Notes under the pieces: model-generated
Told to the model about the DNA's origin: nothing
The model's input: only the letters and a program-made list of their open reading frames with translations
Databases searched by the model: none
Translations under genes and position numbers: made by a program
Shown here: positions 1-16,600 of the stretch, piece by piece
Position numbering within the stretch: the stretch's first letter is position 1
Layout of the letters: the number at the start of each line of letters is the position of its first letter
From: Mobula birostris
Taxonomy: Eukaryota
Direction of reading: 5' to 3'
Assembly: GCF_030028105.1 (NCBI RefSeq)
Contig: NC_092377.1
Coordinates: 117,762,632 to 117,826,631 of the forward strand
DNA length: 64,000 bases

Positions 1-3000
1 CAGCATCTAAAGATACAACACATTGTGGAATTTTAGAAGAGGATGAATATATAATGTTAAATAGTCTCCGAACATTTGAAAAGGAATAACGACCCTTTAT
101 AAAGCCTGTTTGATCTTTACAAATAATTTTACCCAAAATATTCTCCAACCGATTGGCCATTATCTTTGACAAAATCTTAGCGTCAACATTCAGTAATGAA
201 ATCGGTCTATATGAAGCACCGTCAGTAGGATCTTTATCTTTTTTAAGAATTAAAGAAATAGAGGCCTCATAAAAGGTAGAGGGTAAGTTACCTTTCACAA
301 AAGAATCCTTAAACATTTCCAACATATACGGAGAGAACAACTTTCCAAATTTTTTTATAAAATTCTACAGGATAGCCATCAAGTCTTGGGGACTTACCAG
401 ATTGTATTGAAAAAATAGCTTTATGAATTTCGGCTTCAGTAATTTGAGCATCGAAAATCTTTTGATCCTCAGCCGAGATTTTAGGAAAAACAATCTTTCG
501 TAAAAAAGCATTCATTTTAGAGGAATCTAACGGACATTGAGATTTATATAGCTTAGCATAAAAATCTTGAAAAATCTTATTAATTTCTTCATATTCCTGA
601 GCTAAGGTACCATCTTTCCTACGAATTTTCATGATTTGCCTTTGGCTGCCGACATTTTTAATTGAGATGCAAGTAGTTTATAATTTTGATCTCCAGACAT
701 ATAAAATTGGCTCTTTATCTTAAGCAAATAACCTTCAATGGGATGAGTTAATAACAGGTTATATTGTGATTGAAGTTCCACCCTTTGTTTAAATAAATCA
801 GTATTGGGGGAAATTGCATAAATATTATCTAAATCTTTAATTTGTTTTGAAATTCTATCTAATTATGCTTTAGTTTGTTTTTTAAGTTTAGCTGAATAAG
901 AAATAATCTGACCACATAAAAATGCTTTAAATGTATCCCATATAACTAATTTAGATATACCCCCTATATCATTAAAAAGAAAAAAATCTCTTATCTGAGT
1001 TTCAATGAAAGTGACAAAGTCAGAATTTTGCAATAATGTCTGAGACATGTGCCAAGGTGGGCGGCAAGAATATTTTTTTATAAACGTGTGAGAAGAAAGA
1101 ATATTCTCTATTACCGGGATGAAGATACCTCCACAAATCAATCAACCCAAAATCAATCAAAAAAGAATTAATAAATGACACGGATTGATTTGGAAGTCGC
1201 TGATTGGCTGAACTCTTATCAATCATAGGATTTAAACAACAATTAAAATCCCCACCCATTATGAGCATATATTCATTTAAGTCAGGCAGTAAAGCAAATA
1301 CCTTTTTCAAAAAAGAAGGATTACCTAAGTTAGGACCATACAAATTAAGCAAAACAACTTTTCTGTTACAGATTGTTCCATTAACAATTAAAAATTTACC
1401 ATTAGAATCTGATTCAATATCCTCTTGAATAAATATATTAGGTTTAATGAAAATAGACACGCCTTTTGTTTTACTCTGAGAAGTAGAGTGGAATTGCAAA
1501 CCATTCCACCATCTAAAAAATCTATTTTGATCTCCCGCCCTGATATGTGTCTCTTGAGCAAAAATTATATCAGGTTGGAATCGGTTAATAATTTTAAAAG
1601 TCTTCTTTCGTTTAATACGATGATTCCAACCACGTGCATTCCAATTTATTATGTTAATCCGTTTGAACAGCATACTATAATTTCATTCTACTTTATACAT
1701 GCACAAAGCACATACCAATACAGGATGATCAAAGATGGCGGCGATAAATAATACAACCAAATAAAAAGAAAACACGCATGCTCCGGAACCACCCAATGGG
1801 AAAAAACTAACTCTAAACCCACCCACCCACACCCGGAAACCCGAAAGAGGCAAGCGATCTACGATAGAATTCAAAGCTGCTGACTGCTCTGTCTGTGTTT
1901 TCTTTCCCTCCCCCCAGTTAGTAAAAAAGTAGAGTGACCTTGAGAGAAAGACAATAAAGTCTCAGCAAAAAAAGGTATTTACATTCCATCGACTGATAAA
2001 GAAGAAAGAACCAAAATAATGTTATCCCTTAGAGAGAAAAACCAACGCCATGTTTAAGTTTAATATTAATTCCCTAAAAAAGCTTTAAATTCAATTATAA
2101 AATGTTACAATAAAACAGAAAAATATATAAAAAGCCCTATTAGTAGGAAAAACTACCAATTAGCTACGAAGTATTAAATTAAAGGAACAAATCACCTTAT
2201 CTTCTTCCCTCAGTCATAAAATGTCCAGAGATCATTTGAGCAGAAATACTTAAACCATAAATCTTTCCAAAGAAAAACCAATAATATGCAATAAAGAACA
2301 ACTCCCCGTGTTCTTTAATTAGTCTCTCGATGAAATATACAAGTGACCTTCATAAATTTTCTTTCCAAAATGCGAATAATATACAAATAGCCAAACAGCC
2401 TTTCAGATGGATCATGCAACAGCAGCGTCGGTGACAGCAGCAGGTAAAGCCTGAACAAAATCCAGTGCAGCTTTTGGATCAAAAAAAGTACGAGGAGGAG
2501 AATTGGCAGGGAAATTTTTAATTCTTGTCGGATACCTCAAAGACAGGAAAAGATTCTTATCATATGCTTGTTTCATTACCAGAGTAAATTTTGATCTTTG
2601 TTCCATTATCTCTCTTGGATAATCTTCATAGAAGCGGAGCTCAGATTGCATAAATCTAAAAACTCTCTGTTTTCTTGCCTGTCGCATTATTTGATCTTTA
2701 ATTTTAAAGTGATGATAGCAAACCAGAACAGATCTTGGTTTACTAGAGTCCTTCAATTTCGAGATAAACGCCCTGTGTGCCCTTTCTATAGCAGGCGGCT
2801 TTGATAGAATGGTAGGAAATAAAGAGTGGAAAAGCTTACCAAAGTAAGCCGTTAGATCTCCATCTTCAGCTCCTTCCTGCAGCCCAACAATTCTTATATT
2901 CCTTCGTTGAGACCTAGTTTCCAGGTCTATAATCTTATTTTGATATCTTTCCAAAGGAGTTGAAGCTTCAGACAGCTTTTGCTTAGTTATATTCATTTCC

Positions 3001-3340
3001 TTTTCGTGTGAAATAATTTGAGTTTCCAGGTCTTTAAATTTTCCCAGAAATGACTTCATTCAATTACTATTCCTTTCCAGTTGGTCTTTAATTGATCCAT
3101 TCTGATCCTTATTTGAATTCAGTGTCCGAACGATATTTTCAGCCCACGATGGCATTCCCTCAGATCTTTCCTTTTGCACCTTTCCTTTCCCACCTTTCCT
3201 TTCCCATTACCTTTCTCACTGGGTTCAGGTAAATTCCTCCCACTTCTTGTAGACATAGACATATTGATCACCCTCAAGAATCAACAAGTAAAAATTTTAA
3301 ATTCAAAGCTTGAACTAGAGGGAAAGAAAGAAAACTAAGG
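1..3340 (-). mobile_element. L1 (LINE-1 clade) retrotransposon, 5' part, degraded; ORF1 ~3256-2412, ORF2 endonuclease from ~1673 running off the window start
   Basis: ORF 2412..3059 has the L1 ORF1 motif 'RRNIRIVGLQEG...IERAHR'. ORF 1020..1673 is an APE endonuclease ('WNARG', 'QETH', 'GGDFN'). ORF 309..632 and bases 1-300 carry RT entry motifs ('KSPRLDG', 'YRPISL'). Stops and frameshifts are present. The 5' boundary is approximate. Confidence 0.9.
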
Positions 3341-3412
3341 GCAGCAGAAAAATACTGCTACTCCATTTGCAGACAGGGGCGGTCCTTTGATACATTTAGA
3401 TTTAAGACCACA

Positions 3413-3575
3413 GCGGGTGCAGAGTTCCGGTCTCCGTATCCCCGGGTCAGACCACACTGGGAACACTGTCCATAATTCTAGTGTCTGTACCCCTTGATCA
3501 GAGCACACTGAGCACTGTGCACAGTTCCAGTCTCCGTATCCATGGGTTAATTCCACACAGGGAACACAGTGCATA
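3413..3575 (-). repeat. ~3 degenerate units of the 52-bp minisatellite also found downstream of each trypsinogen
   Basis: The reverse complement matches GGAGACTGGAACTGTGCAC...GGTCTGACCC. ORF 3335..3574 resembles ORF 32835..33275. Confidence 0.75.
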
Positions 3576-3580
3576 CTTAC

Positions 3581-4090
3581 GGTCTCTGTGTTCGTGGTCT
3601 GGAGGGAGGGGAAGATGGAAAGGGGGGAGAGATTGACAGAGAGGAGTGGTAGGGGAGAGGGGTGGGAGAAGAGAGAGGCTGAGGGAAGTAGGGAGAAATT
3701 GAGGGAAGGGCAGAGCTGGATGGAGAGGGAGGGATGGAACGAGAAAGGAAGGAAATGGAGGTGGGCACACTCGCCGAGTATGGGGAGTGGTGGTGAACTC
3801 AGGGAGGGTAGGGAGTGAACGAGTCAACTTATTAGCGGCAAGGAACAGCAGGGTCTGCATGTTGGCCAGAGCTGTATGCAGTGTGGTGGTGGGGGGGTGG
3901 GGTACGTGGGGAGGGTCGGCATTGCGCCAGTTTCTACCGGGGCGGGACCCTTATCGGAGGGAGAACGGCAGCTGCTGAGAGAGCTCGGGGCAGTCACGGG
4001 ACGTCCCGTCCTTTAGCAGTAGCTGGGGAGGCGGGGCTCAGCTGTCTGATTCCCACCCTCAAGGCTGACTGGTCAAGGACGGGGAGTGTG
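3581..4090 (-). pseudogene. 5' end of a minus-strand trypsinogen-like gene: promoter, damaged signal-peptide exon (MQTLLFLAA, 3860-3833) and an 18-nt micro-exon candidate (3598-3581)
   Basis: 3940-4085 is the reverse complement of the trypsinogen promoter (GTCCTTGACC, TGGGAA-N5-CAGCTG, GGGACGTC, CCGATAAGGGTCCC). MQTLLFLA resembles gene 1 MKTLLFVA. The exon is 12 nt short, its donor reads ATAAGT, and the TATA position reads TAGAAA. Confidence 0.7.
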
Positions 4091-4310
4091 GGGAACGTCA
4101 CCTGTCCCATGTATCTCTCAAATGCGGTGGGGCTATTCCCTCGGGAGAGGGGGATTAGAAAAGAAACTAGGGAGGGGTAATCTGTAATCAGAAACATCGT
4201 CTTTCCTTTAGAAATACTCCTTCCTCAATACCCTTCCACGGGCTCCCTCCTCGTCACTCCTAAAAGGGTGAGGAGGGATTCCTGTAGGAGAAGGCTGAGA
4301 TGGGGTCGCG

Positions 4311-4487
4311 GTGGGAGAGGGGTTGAGGAGGGAGCGCTGTGGGAGAGGGGTTGAGCAGGGAGCGCTGTGGGAGAGGGGTTGAGGAGGGAGCTCCGTGGGA
4401 GAGGGGTTGAGGAGGGAATGCTGTGCGAGAGAGGATGAGGAGGGAGCGCTGTGGGAGAGGGGTTGAGGAGGGAGCGCCGTGGGAGGT
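4311..4487 (+). repeat. 28-bp G-rich minisatellite (~6 copies), GTGGGAGAGGGGTTGAGGAGGGAGCGCT
   Basis: Direct tandem repeat. A single related unit sits at ~28750-28790 and ~50390-50430. Confidence 0.9.
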
Positions 4488-4502
4488 TTTTCCTGATCAT
4501 AC

Positions 4503-7298
4503 CTGAAAAATGACGTTGTAGCTATTAGTGAAATGTGGTTGTAGGAGGGGTGTGATTGGCAACTAAATATTCCAGGATTTCATTGCTTCAGGTGTGATAG
4601 AATAGGAGGGGCAAGCGGGGGAGGTATTGCATTGCTTGTGAGAGAATATATAACAGTGGTGCTCTGGCAGGATAGATTAGTGGACTCGTCTAGGAAGGCT
4701 ATTTGGGTGGAATTGAGGAATAGGAAAGGTGTTGTGACGCTTATAGGGGTGCATTATAGACCACCTAATGGGGACTGAGAACTGGAGGAGCAAATTTGTA
4801 AGGAGATAGCAGATGCTTGTATTAAGCACAAGGTTGTGATTGTGGGAGATTTTAATTTTCCACACATAGACGGAGAAGCCCATTCTGTAAAAGGGCTGGA
4901 TGGTTTGGAGTTCGTCAAATGTGTGCAAGATAGCTTTTTGGAGCAATACAGAGAGGCATCAACTAGAGAAGGGGCTGTGTTGGATCTCCTGTTAGGGAAT
5001 GAGATAGGGCAGGTGACGGAGGTATGTGTTGGGGAGCACTTCGGGTCCAGTGATCACAATGCCATTAGTTTCAGTGTAATTATGGAGAAGGATAGGACTG
5101 GACCTAAGATTGAGATTTTTGATTGGAGAAAGGCTAACTTTGAGGAGATGTGAAAGGATTTCGAAGGAGTGGGTTGGAAGAATTCGCTTAATGCAAAGGA
5201 TGTAATAGAGAAACGGAGGTCATTTAAAGGTGAAATTTTGAGGGTACAGGATCTTTATGTTCCTGTTAGGTTGAAAGGAAAGGTTAAAAGTTTGAGAGAG
5301 CCTTGGTTTTCAAGGGATATTGGAAACTTGGCTCGGAAAAAGAGAGGGATCTTCAATAAATATAGGCAGCTTGGAGTTAATGAGGTGCTCGAGGAATATA
5401 AAGAATGTAAAAAGAATCTTAAGAAAGAAATTAGAAAAGTTAAAAGAAAATACGAGGCTGCTTTGGCAAGTAAGGTGAAAGTAAATCCAAAGAGTTTCTA
5501 CAGTTATGTTAGTGGCAAAAGGATAGTGAGGGATAAAATTGGTCCCTTAGAGAATCAGAGTGGACGGCTATGTGCGGAGCCAAAAGAGATGGGGGAGATT
5601 TTGAACAATTTCTTTTCTTCGGTATTCGCTAAGGAGAAGGATATTAAATTGTGTTAGGTAAAGGAAACAAGAAGGGTAGTTATGGAAAGTATGACAATTA
5701 AATAAGAGGAAGTACTGGTGCTTTTAAGGAGTATTAAAGTGGATAAGTCTCCGGGTCCGGACAGATATTCCCTAGGACCTTGAGGGAAGTTAGTGAGGAA
5801 ATAGCAGGGGCTCTGACGGAAATATTTCAAATGTCATTAGAAACGCGGATGGTGCCGGAGGTTTGGCGTATTGCTCATGTGGTTCCATTATTTAAAAAGG
5901 GTTCTAAGAGTAAACCTGGCAATTATCGGCCTGTGAGTTTGACGTCAGTGGTGGATAAATTGATGAAAGTATTCTTAGAGATGGTATATATAATTATCTG
6001 GATAGACAGGGTCTGATTAGGAACAGTCAACATGGATTTCTGCGTGGAAGGTCATGTTTGTCAAACCTTATTGAATTATTTGATGAGGTTACTAATAAAG
6101 TTGACAAGGGTAAAGCGGTGGATGTTGTCTATATGGACTTCAGTAAGGTCTTTGATAAGGTTCCACACGGAAGGTTAGTTAGGATGGTTCAATCGTTAGG
6201 CATTAAAATGGAAGTAGTAAAATGGATTCAGCAATGGCTAGATGGGAGACGCCAGAGAGTAGTGGTGGATAACTGAGGACGGTGTGTAGTGGTGTGCCTC
6301 AGGGATCAGTACTGGGTCCAGTGTTGTTTGTCATATATGTTAATGATCTGGGTGATGGGGTGGTAAATTGGATTAGTAAGTATGCAGATGATACTAAGAT
6401 TGGTGGCGTTGCGGATAATGAAGTCGGTTTTCAAAGCTTGCAGAGAGATTTAGGCCAGTTAGAAGAGTGGGCTGAAAGATGGCAGATGGAGTTTAATGCT
6501 GAAAAATGTGAGGTGTTGCATTTTGGTAGGACTAATCAAAATAGGACATACATGGTAAATGGTAGGGCAATGAAGAATGCTAGAGAACAGGGGGATCTAG
6601 GAATAATGGTGCATAGTTCCCTGAAGGTGGAATCTCATGTGGATAGGGTGGTGAAGAAAACTTTTGGTGCTGGCCTTTATTAATCAGAGCATTGAGTATA
6701 GGAGCTGGGATGAAATGTTGAAATTGTATAAGACATTGGTAAAGCCAAATTTGGAGTATTGTGTACAGTTCTGGTCACCGAATTATAGGAAAGATGTCAA
6801 TAAAATTGAGAGAGTACAGAGGAGATTTACTAAAATGTTGCCTGGGTTTCATTTCCTAAGTTACAGAGAAAGATTGAACAAGTTAGGTCTTTATTCTTTG
6901 GAGCGTGGAAGGTTGAGGGGGGACTTGACAGAGGTATTTAAAATTATGAGGGGGATTGATAGAGTTGAGGTGGATAGGTTTTTTTCCATTGAGAGCGGGG
7001 GAGATTGAAACAAGAGGACATGAGTTGAGAGTTAAAGGACAAAAGTTTAGGGGTAACATGAGGGGGAACTTCTTTACTCAGAGAGTGGCAGCTGTGTGGA
7101 ATGAGCTTCCAGCAGAAGTGGTTGAGGCAAGTTCGATATTGTCATTTAAAGTTAAATTGGATAGATATATGGACAAGAAAGGAATGGAGGGTTATGGGCT
7201 GAGTGCAGGTCGGTGGGACTAGGTGAGAGTATGAGCGCAGCACGGACTAGAAGGGCCGAGATCGCCTGTTTCCATGCTGTAATTCTTATATGGTTATA
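4503..7298 (+). mobile_element. CR1-clade LINE, 5'-truncated ORF2 (EN-RT), pseudogenised
   Basis: Collinear fragments 'GDFNFP', 'GSSDH', 'NYRPVSLTS', 'SGVPQGSVLGP...YADD', 'EYCVQFWSP'. The 3' UTR has 'GAAGGGCC...CCTGTTTCCATGCTGTA' and a short-repeat tail. Confidence 0.93.
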
Positions 7299-7464
7299 TA
7301 ACAGCCCGGCTCTCTCTCCAGTTCTCCGCCTCTCTTCCGCCTTCCTCGGGGAGATCACCTCCCACACTGTCCATTGAGTCCCTGATAGAGTAGAGACCCC
7401 CCCGCCCACCTCCACCACAATGATTTCCCTGGGATTGGTGACATCCCCAACTCTTACCTCGCTT

Positions 7465-7640
7465 CTCGTCCTTGACCACTCAGCATTGAGGCTGGGAATC
7501 TGACAGCTGACTCTCCTCCCCCACACTCCGTCCGCTCCCCACCCACTGCTCAAGGGCGGGACGTCTTGTAACTGCCCCGAGGTCCCCCAGCAGCTGCAAC
7601 GCTCCCTCCGATAAGGGTCCCAAGTACAGGATAAATGCCC
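7465..7640 (+). promoter_or_regulatory. Trypsinogen 1 proximal promoter: NR5A2-like site, PTF1-like TC-box plus E-box (7493-7509), E-box 7591, GATA 7610, variant TATA (GATAAAT 7630)
   Basis: Motif matches conserved in four paralogous promoter copies, 50-220 bp upstream of the ATG. Confidence 0.7.
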
Positions 7641-7684
7641 CCTCGGCACCCGCCGTGCCTCCGTCTCCGGGCATCGCAGTCACC

Positions 7685-12209
<4,525 letters not shown>

Positions 12210-12433
12210 AGACACCGCCTCCCGCACCGGAGGCTCTGTAATGAATCTGAAAATAAATCAATACAATCTTTGCATGGACTACTGGCTGTCTTTATTCCCG
12301 GCTCTGACGAGCTCGTCCGTGCCCCGGTCTAGGATCAGGGCCTTCCTGCACACTGATTGTCTCTGTGCTCGGCAAATATCACTTAGCGGGAGAGTGTTGT
12401 CGCACTGTTCTCCTGCTCCGAATCCAGGGGTTT

Positions 12434-12655
12434 GGATACTGGAACAGTGCACGGTGCTCCCGGTGTGGGTCTGACCCAGGAATAAGGAGACTAGAAATGT
12501 GGGCCGTGCGGGTCTGACCTAGGGATACGGAGACTGGAACTGTGCACGTACCTTCCTGTGTGGGTCTGACCCAGGGATACGGACACAGGACCTGTGTACG
12601 GTGCTCCCGGTGTGGGTCTGACCCAGGGACACGAAGTCTAGAACTGTGCACTGTA
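12434..12655 (+). repeat. 52-bp minisatellite downstream of trypsinogen 1 (~4-5 degenerate units)
   Basis: Tandem GGAGACTGGAACTGTGCACGGTGCTCCCGGTGTGGGTCTGACCCAGGGATAC. Confidence 0.85.
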
Positions 12656-13384
12656 GGGTATATATTCCGAAACTTTCCCAGTGGCAAAGGTGGCTGAAAC
12701 ATAAGGGCTTTGGTATTCGGTCAGAGATTTAGTTGGGGGATGTGAAAGACAATATTTTCACCCGTGGGTGAGGTCTAGATCGCACTGCCTGAGGAGGTTG
12801 GTTGGTGAGAGGGACTCTCAACAAACTCAGCATCCGAACAAGCAATGGAACAGCCGAGGCATAGAGAGGGGCGGGCCGAGTGCTGGAGATTGGTGTTGGT
12901 GGGTCAGTAGGAACGCAAAAGGTCGAACGGCCTGTTTGTGTGATTCCGTTGTAGTTTGAAAGAAATGCCGTAGAACACCTACCGAACACCGTGAGACCAC
13001 AGTTGGGAAACACTGTCCTTTTCTTGTCTGAAACAGAGACGCTACGCTGGAAACACGCAGCAGGTGGGACAGCGTCTGAGAATGGGGACATAGGGTCATC
13101 AGGTCGGGTCAGGAGTCCTCGCCGGAATTGTGAAAGATTACTGTCCCAAGCCACCGCTTTTCTCTCTCTCTTTAGATCTGCGGAATTAATTCTACTCAAA
13201 ATATCCGATTGAGATCAATTAATAAAGTGGGATTCGCAGTATTTGGGTGAGTGAAGGGGATTGGGGCTGAGGGAAGAGATCAGAATCAGGAATATGATGG
13301 CAGGAAGGAGAACAGCTCCGTCTATTTCTGACGTTTCATCCAAACATACAACTGGACGATCTGTAAACCTTCCTGGCTCTCTCT

Positions 13385-13604
13385 CCTATCACAAGAGGAC
13401 ACAGGTTTAAGGTGCTTTGGAGAAGGTACAGAGGATATGTCAGGTGTAAGTTTTTTACTCAGAGAGTGATGAGTGAGTGGAATGGGCTGCCGGCAACGGT
13501 GGTGGAGGCGGGTACGAGAGGGTCTTTTAAGAGACTTTTGGATAGGTACATGGAGCTTAGAAAAATAGAGGGCTATGGGTAACCCTAGTAATTTTTTAAG
13601 GTAG
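13385..13604 (+). mobile_element. CR1 3' fragment, cut at a deletion junction with the LTR element
   Basis: 'ACAAGAGGACACAGGTTTAAGG...TTTTACTCAGAGAGTG...GGATAGGTACATGG'. The longer version is at 35365-35625. Confidence 0.8.
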
Positions 13605-16600
13605 AAATGGACGTTAGTGCTGAGAGGTTTCTGTGGGAACCAACCCCTGAAGCGTTGGATGATGCTACGAGGAATGCGCTGTTGGCAATTGCTCAAAAGT
13701 TAAGACTAAGCGTGACCACTAAATTGAGGACAGCTCAGATGCAGATGATAATAGCCCAGCATTATATAGCTAAGGGAAATTTTGACGAGGAGGCGTTAGA
13801 GTTATTCGCTGAAGGTAAGGTACTTACTGAGGCTGAGGTTCAGTTGCATTTGAAATTGCAATTAAAACAGCTTGAGGCTGATGACGCAGAAAAGCAGAGG
13901 ATCCATGAGGCTAGAGAGGCAGACAAACAGAGAGAGTTTGAGAGGAAGTTGGTGCGGCAAGGAGTTCCAGTACCAAGCCGTAGTAAGGAGCTGGTTGCAC
14001 CATTTAATGTTAGTCACGAAATTGAGTTGGTACCTTCATTTGAAGAAACAGAAGTCGATAGGTATGTCCTACATTTTGAAAAAGTGGCCATAAATCGGAA
14101 CTGGCCGAGAGATCAGTGGGCTGTTTTGTTACAAAGTGTGATTAAGGGGAACGTCCAACGAGCGTATTCAGCGTTGTCTGTTGCATGATTATAATGTAGT
14201 GAAAGGTGATATACTTACAGTTTATGAGTTGGTCCCGGAGGTATACAGGCAAAGGTTCCGAAATTTGAGGAAGCCTTCGGACCGCGCGTATTTAGAGTTT
14301 GCCCGTGAGATGCAGATCGCTGGTGTACCTCGAAAGGGGCAAGTGAGGATATTGACAACCTGAAAGAGTTGATATTGATTGAACAGTTTAAAGGTTGCAT
14401 CCCTGCTGGTATAAGGAAGTACTTGGATGAGAGCGAGAGGCTGCGTCACTATCAGAGTCTGTTTGATTAGCAGACGAGTATGTCTTAACATAAGGTTAGG
14501 TATATTCTGAACAGGAGTTACCAAAATGGTAATAGAGATAATCCACCGGCTAAACCAGAGAGCAAACTGGGCAGTAGTGACAAAAGTAAGGAAGAAGGAA
14601 AGCAGTCGGGGGGAACATTTCCCAGTTTTAAAGTGCTACTTTTGTGGGAAACCTGATCATGTGGCGTCCAATTGTTTTGCTATGAAAGGGAAAAGGAAAA
14701 GAGAAAGAGAAAACCCCAAATGCCTGCATTCAGACGGTTAAAACAACGCTGAAGAAGGAGGGTCAGACCGAGTTCAAGAGGGACTCGAGAGATTTATTTC
14801 AAATGGGTTTGTATCTGTGAAGGAGGGGTCAACCCCGGTTCCAGTGAGAATCTGACGAGATACTGGGGTTTTCAGTCATTAATATTAAAGAGTGTTTTGG
14901 AATTTGGTGCTGAGACGAAGACTGGTGAAGTGAATATTATCAAAGGCATTGGAAAGGGAACTGAGGCCGTGCCTTTGTATAAGATAGTTTTCAAATGTGA
15001 CTTGGTATTCAGATCAGTCACAATAGGGGTGCGATCTGAACTACCGATAGACAATGTTGATGTCTTACTCGGTAACGACCTTGCAGGTGGGGATGCTTAT
15101 CCAGCAGTTAAACTCACAAGTCAGCCTGCTGCTGTCGAGGACCCGCCCATAGATGCTGATGTGTACCCCGCCTGCGCAGTGACACGAAGCATGTCGGAAA
15201 ACGCCACTGATGTTAATGTTGATTTATCTGAGACTTTCCTACCATCCCTATACCAACAGGACTTAGAGGGTAGTAAGGCTGAGGAGAGCAAGGAGGAGGG
15301 GACGGACTTGTCCTTATCGAGGAAGGAATTTATAGAGGAACAGAATAAAGATCCTGAATTGTAGCTTTAAAAGAGACAGCTCTCACTGAAGATAAAATTC
15401 ATAATGAGTTAGTGGGATATTACCTTAACGATGGGGTGTTGATGAGGAAGTGCAGACTCACCACGGTGCCTGCCAGTGAAGATTGGGCTATTGTGCATCA
15501 GGTAGTTTTACAGGGCTGAAATTTTAACCCTGACCAAGAAGATCCCTTTAGGTGGACATTTTGGAGTAAAGAAGACAGTGCACAGGATTATGAGGGAATT
15601 TTATTGAGGAAAGATATTGTCAATTACTGTAGAGGGTGTCATACGTGCCAGGTCATGGGAAAACCTAATCATGCCATCCCAAAAGCACCACTTAGGCCAG
15701 TACCTGCTTTTGGTGAACCATGTTCCAGGGTCATAGTGGATTGTGTAGGCCCTTTGCCAAAGACTGCAGCTGGCTATCAGTATGTGTTAACAATTGTGTG
15801 TGTTGCATCTAGGTTCCCTGAAGCCGTGCCTCTCAGAAACATCCAGGCCAAGACTGTGGTAAAGGCACTCAGCAAGTTTTTCGCACTGGTAGGTTTACCA
15901 AAAGAAATTCAGTCTGAGCAGGGTAGTAACTTTACTTCAAGAACATTCCAGCAAATACTTTCTGAGCTGGAGACTAAACAAATTGTGTCATCTGCCTACC
16001 ACCCGGAGTCTCAAGGGGCTTTAGAGAGGTTCCATTCCACTTTAAAGACCATGATTAAAACCTACTGTTATGAGAATGACAGGGACTGAGATGAACGGAT
16101 ACATTTATTACTTTTTTCCATGAGAGACACCATTCAAGGGTTCCTGGGGTTCAGCCCCTTTGAGCTCATGTTCGGCCATAGGCCCAAAGAACCTTTGACC
16201 TTGCTCAGGGAGCAATGGTCTAACCCAAAAGTGCGTGTCAGTGTGTTAGATTATGTTTTGAAATTCCGAGAAAGGCTTAACAAGGCTTGTGACCTTGCCA
16301 GGTAGAATTTCCAAAACTCCAAAATTAAAATGAAGCATTGGTTTGATAAGAGAGCGAGGGAGCAGGTGTTCGAGGTTGGAGATAAAGTGCTGGTGCTGTT
16401 CGCCCTTGTGACCAACCCCCACCAAAGCATAATTTCATGGACCATACCACATAATTAAGAAAATTGATTCTCGAATTATGTTATTGAAACTCCCGAAAGA
16501 AGGAAGGCGACCCAATTAGTACATGTAAACATGCTGAAGTCTTATGACTCTGAGACGGTACCAATAAGTACTGTTATGAAAAGATCATTTTAACAAACTG

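Noticed and set aside
13001-13016. AGTTGGGAAACACTG resembling a hAT-Charlie terminal inverted repeat
   Set aside because: No partner TIR or 8-bp TSD found.
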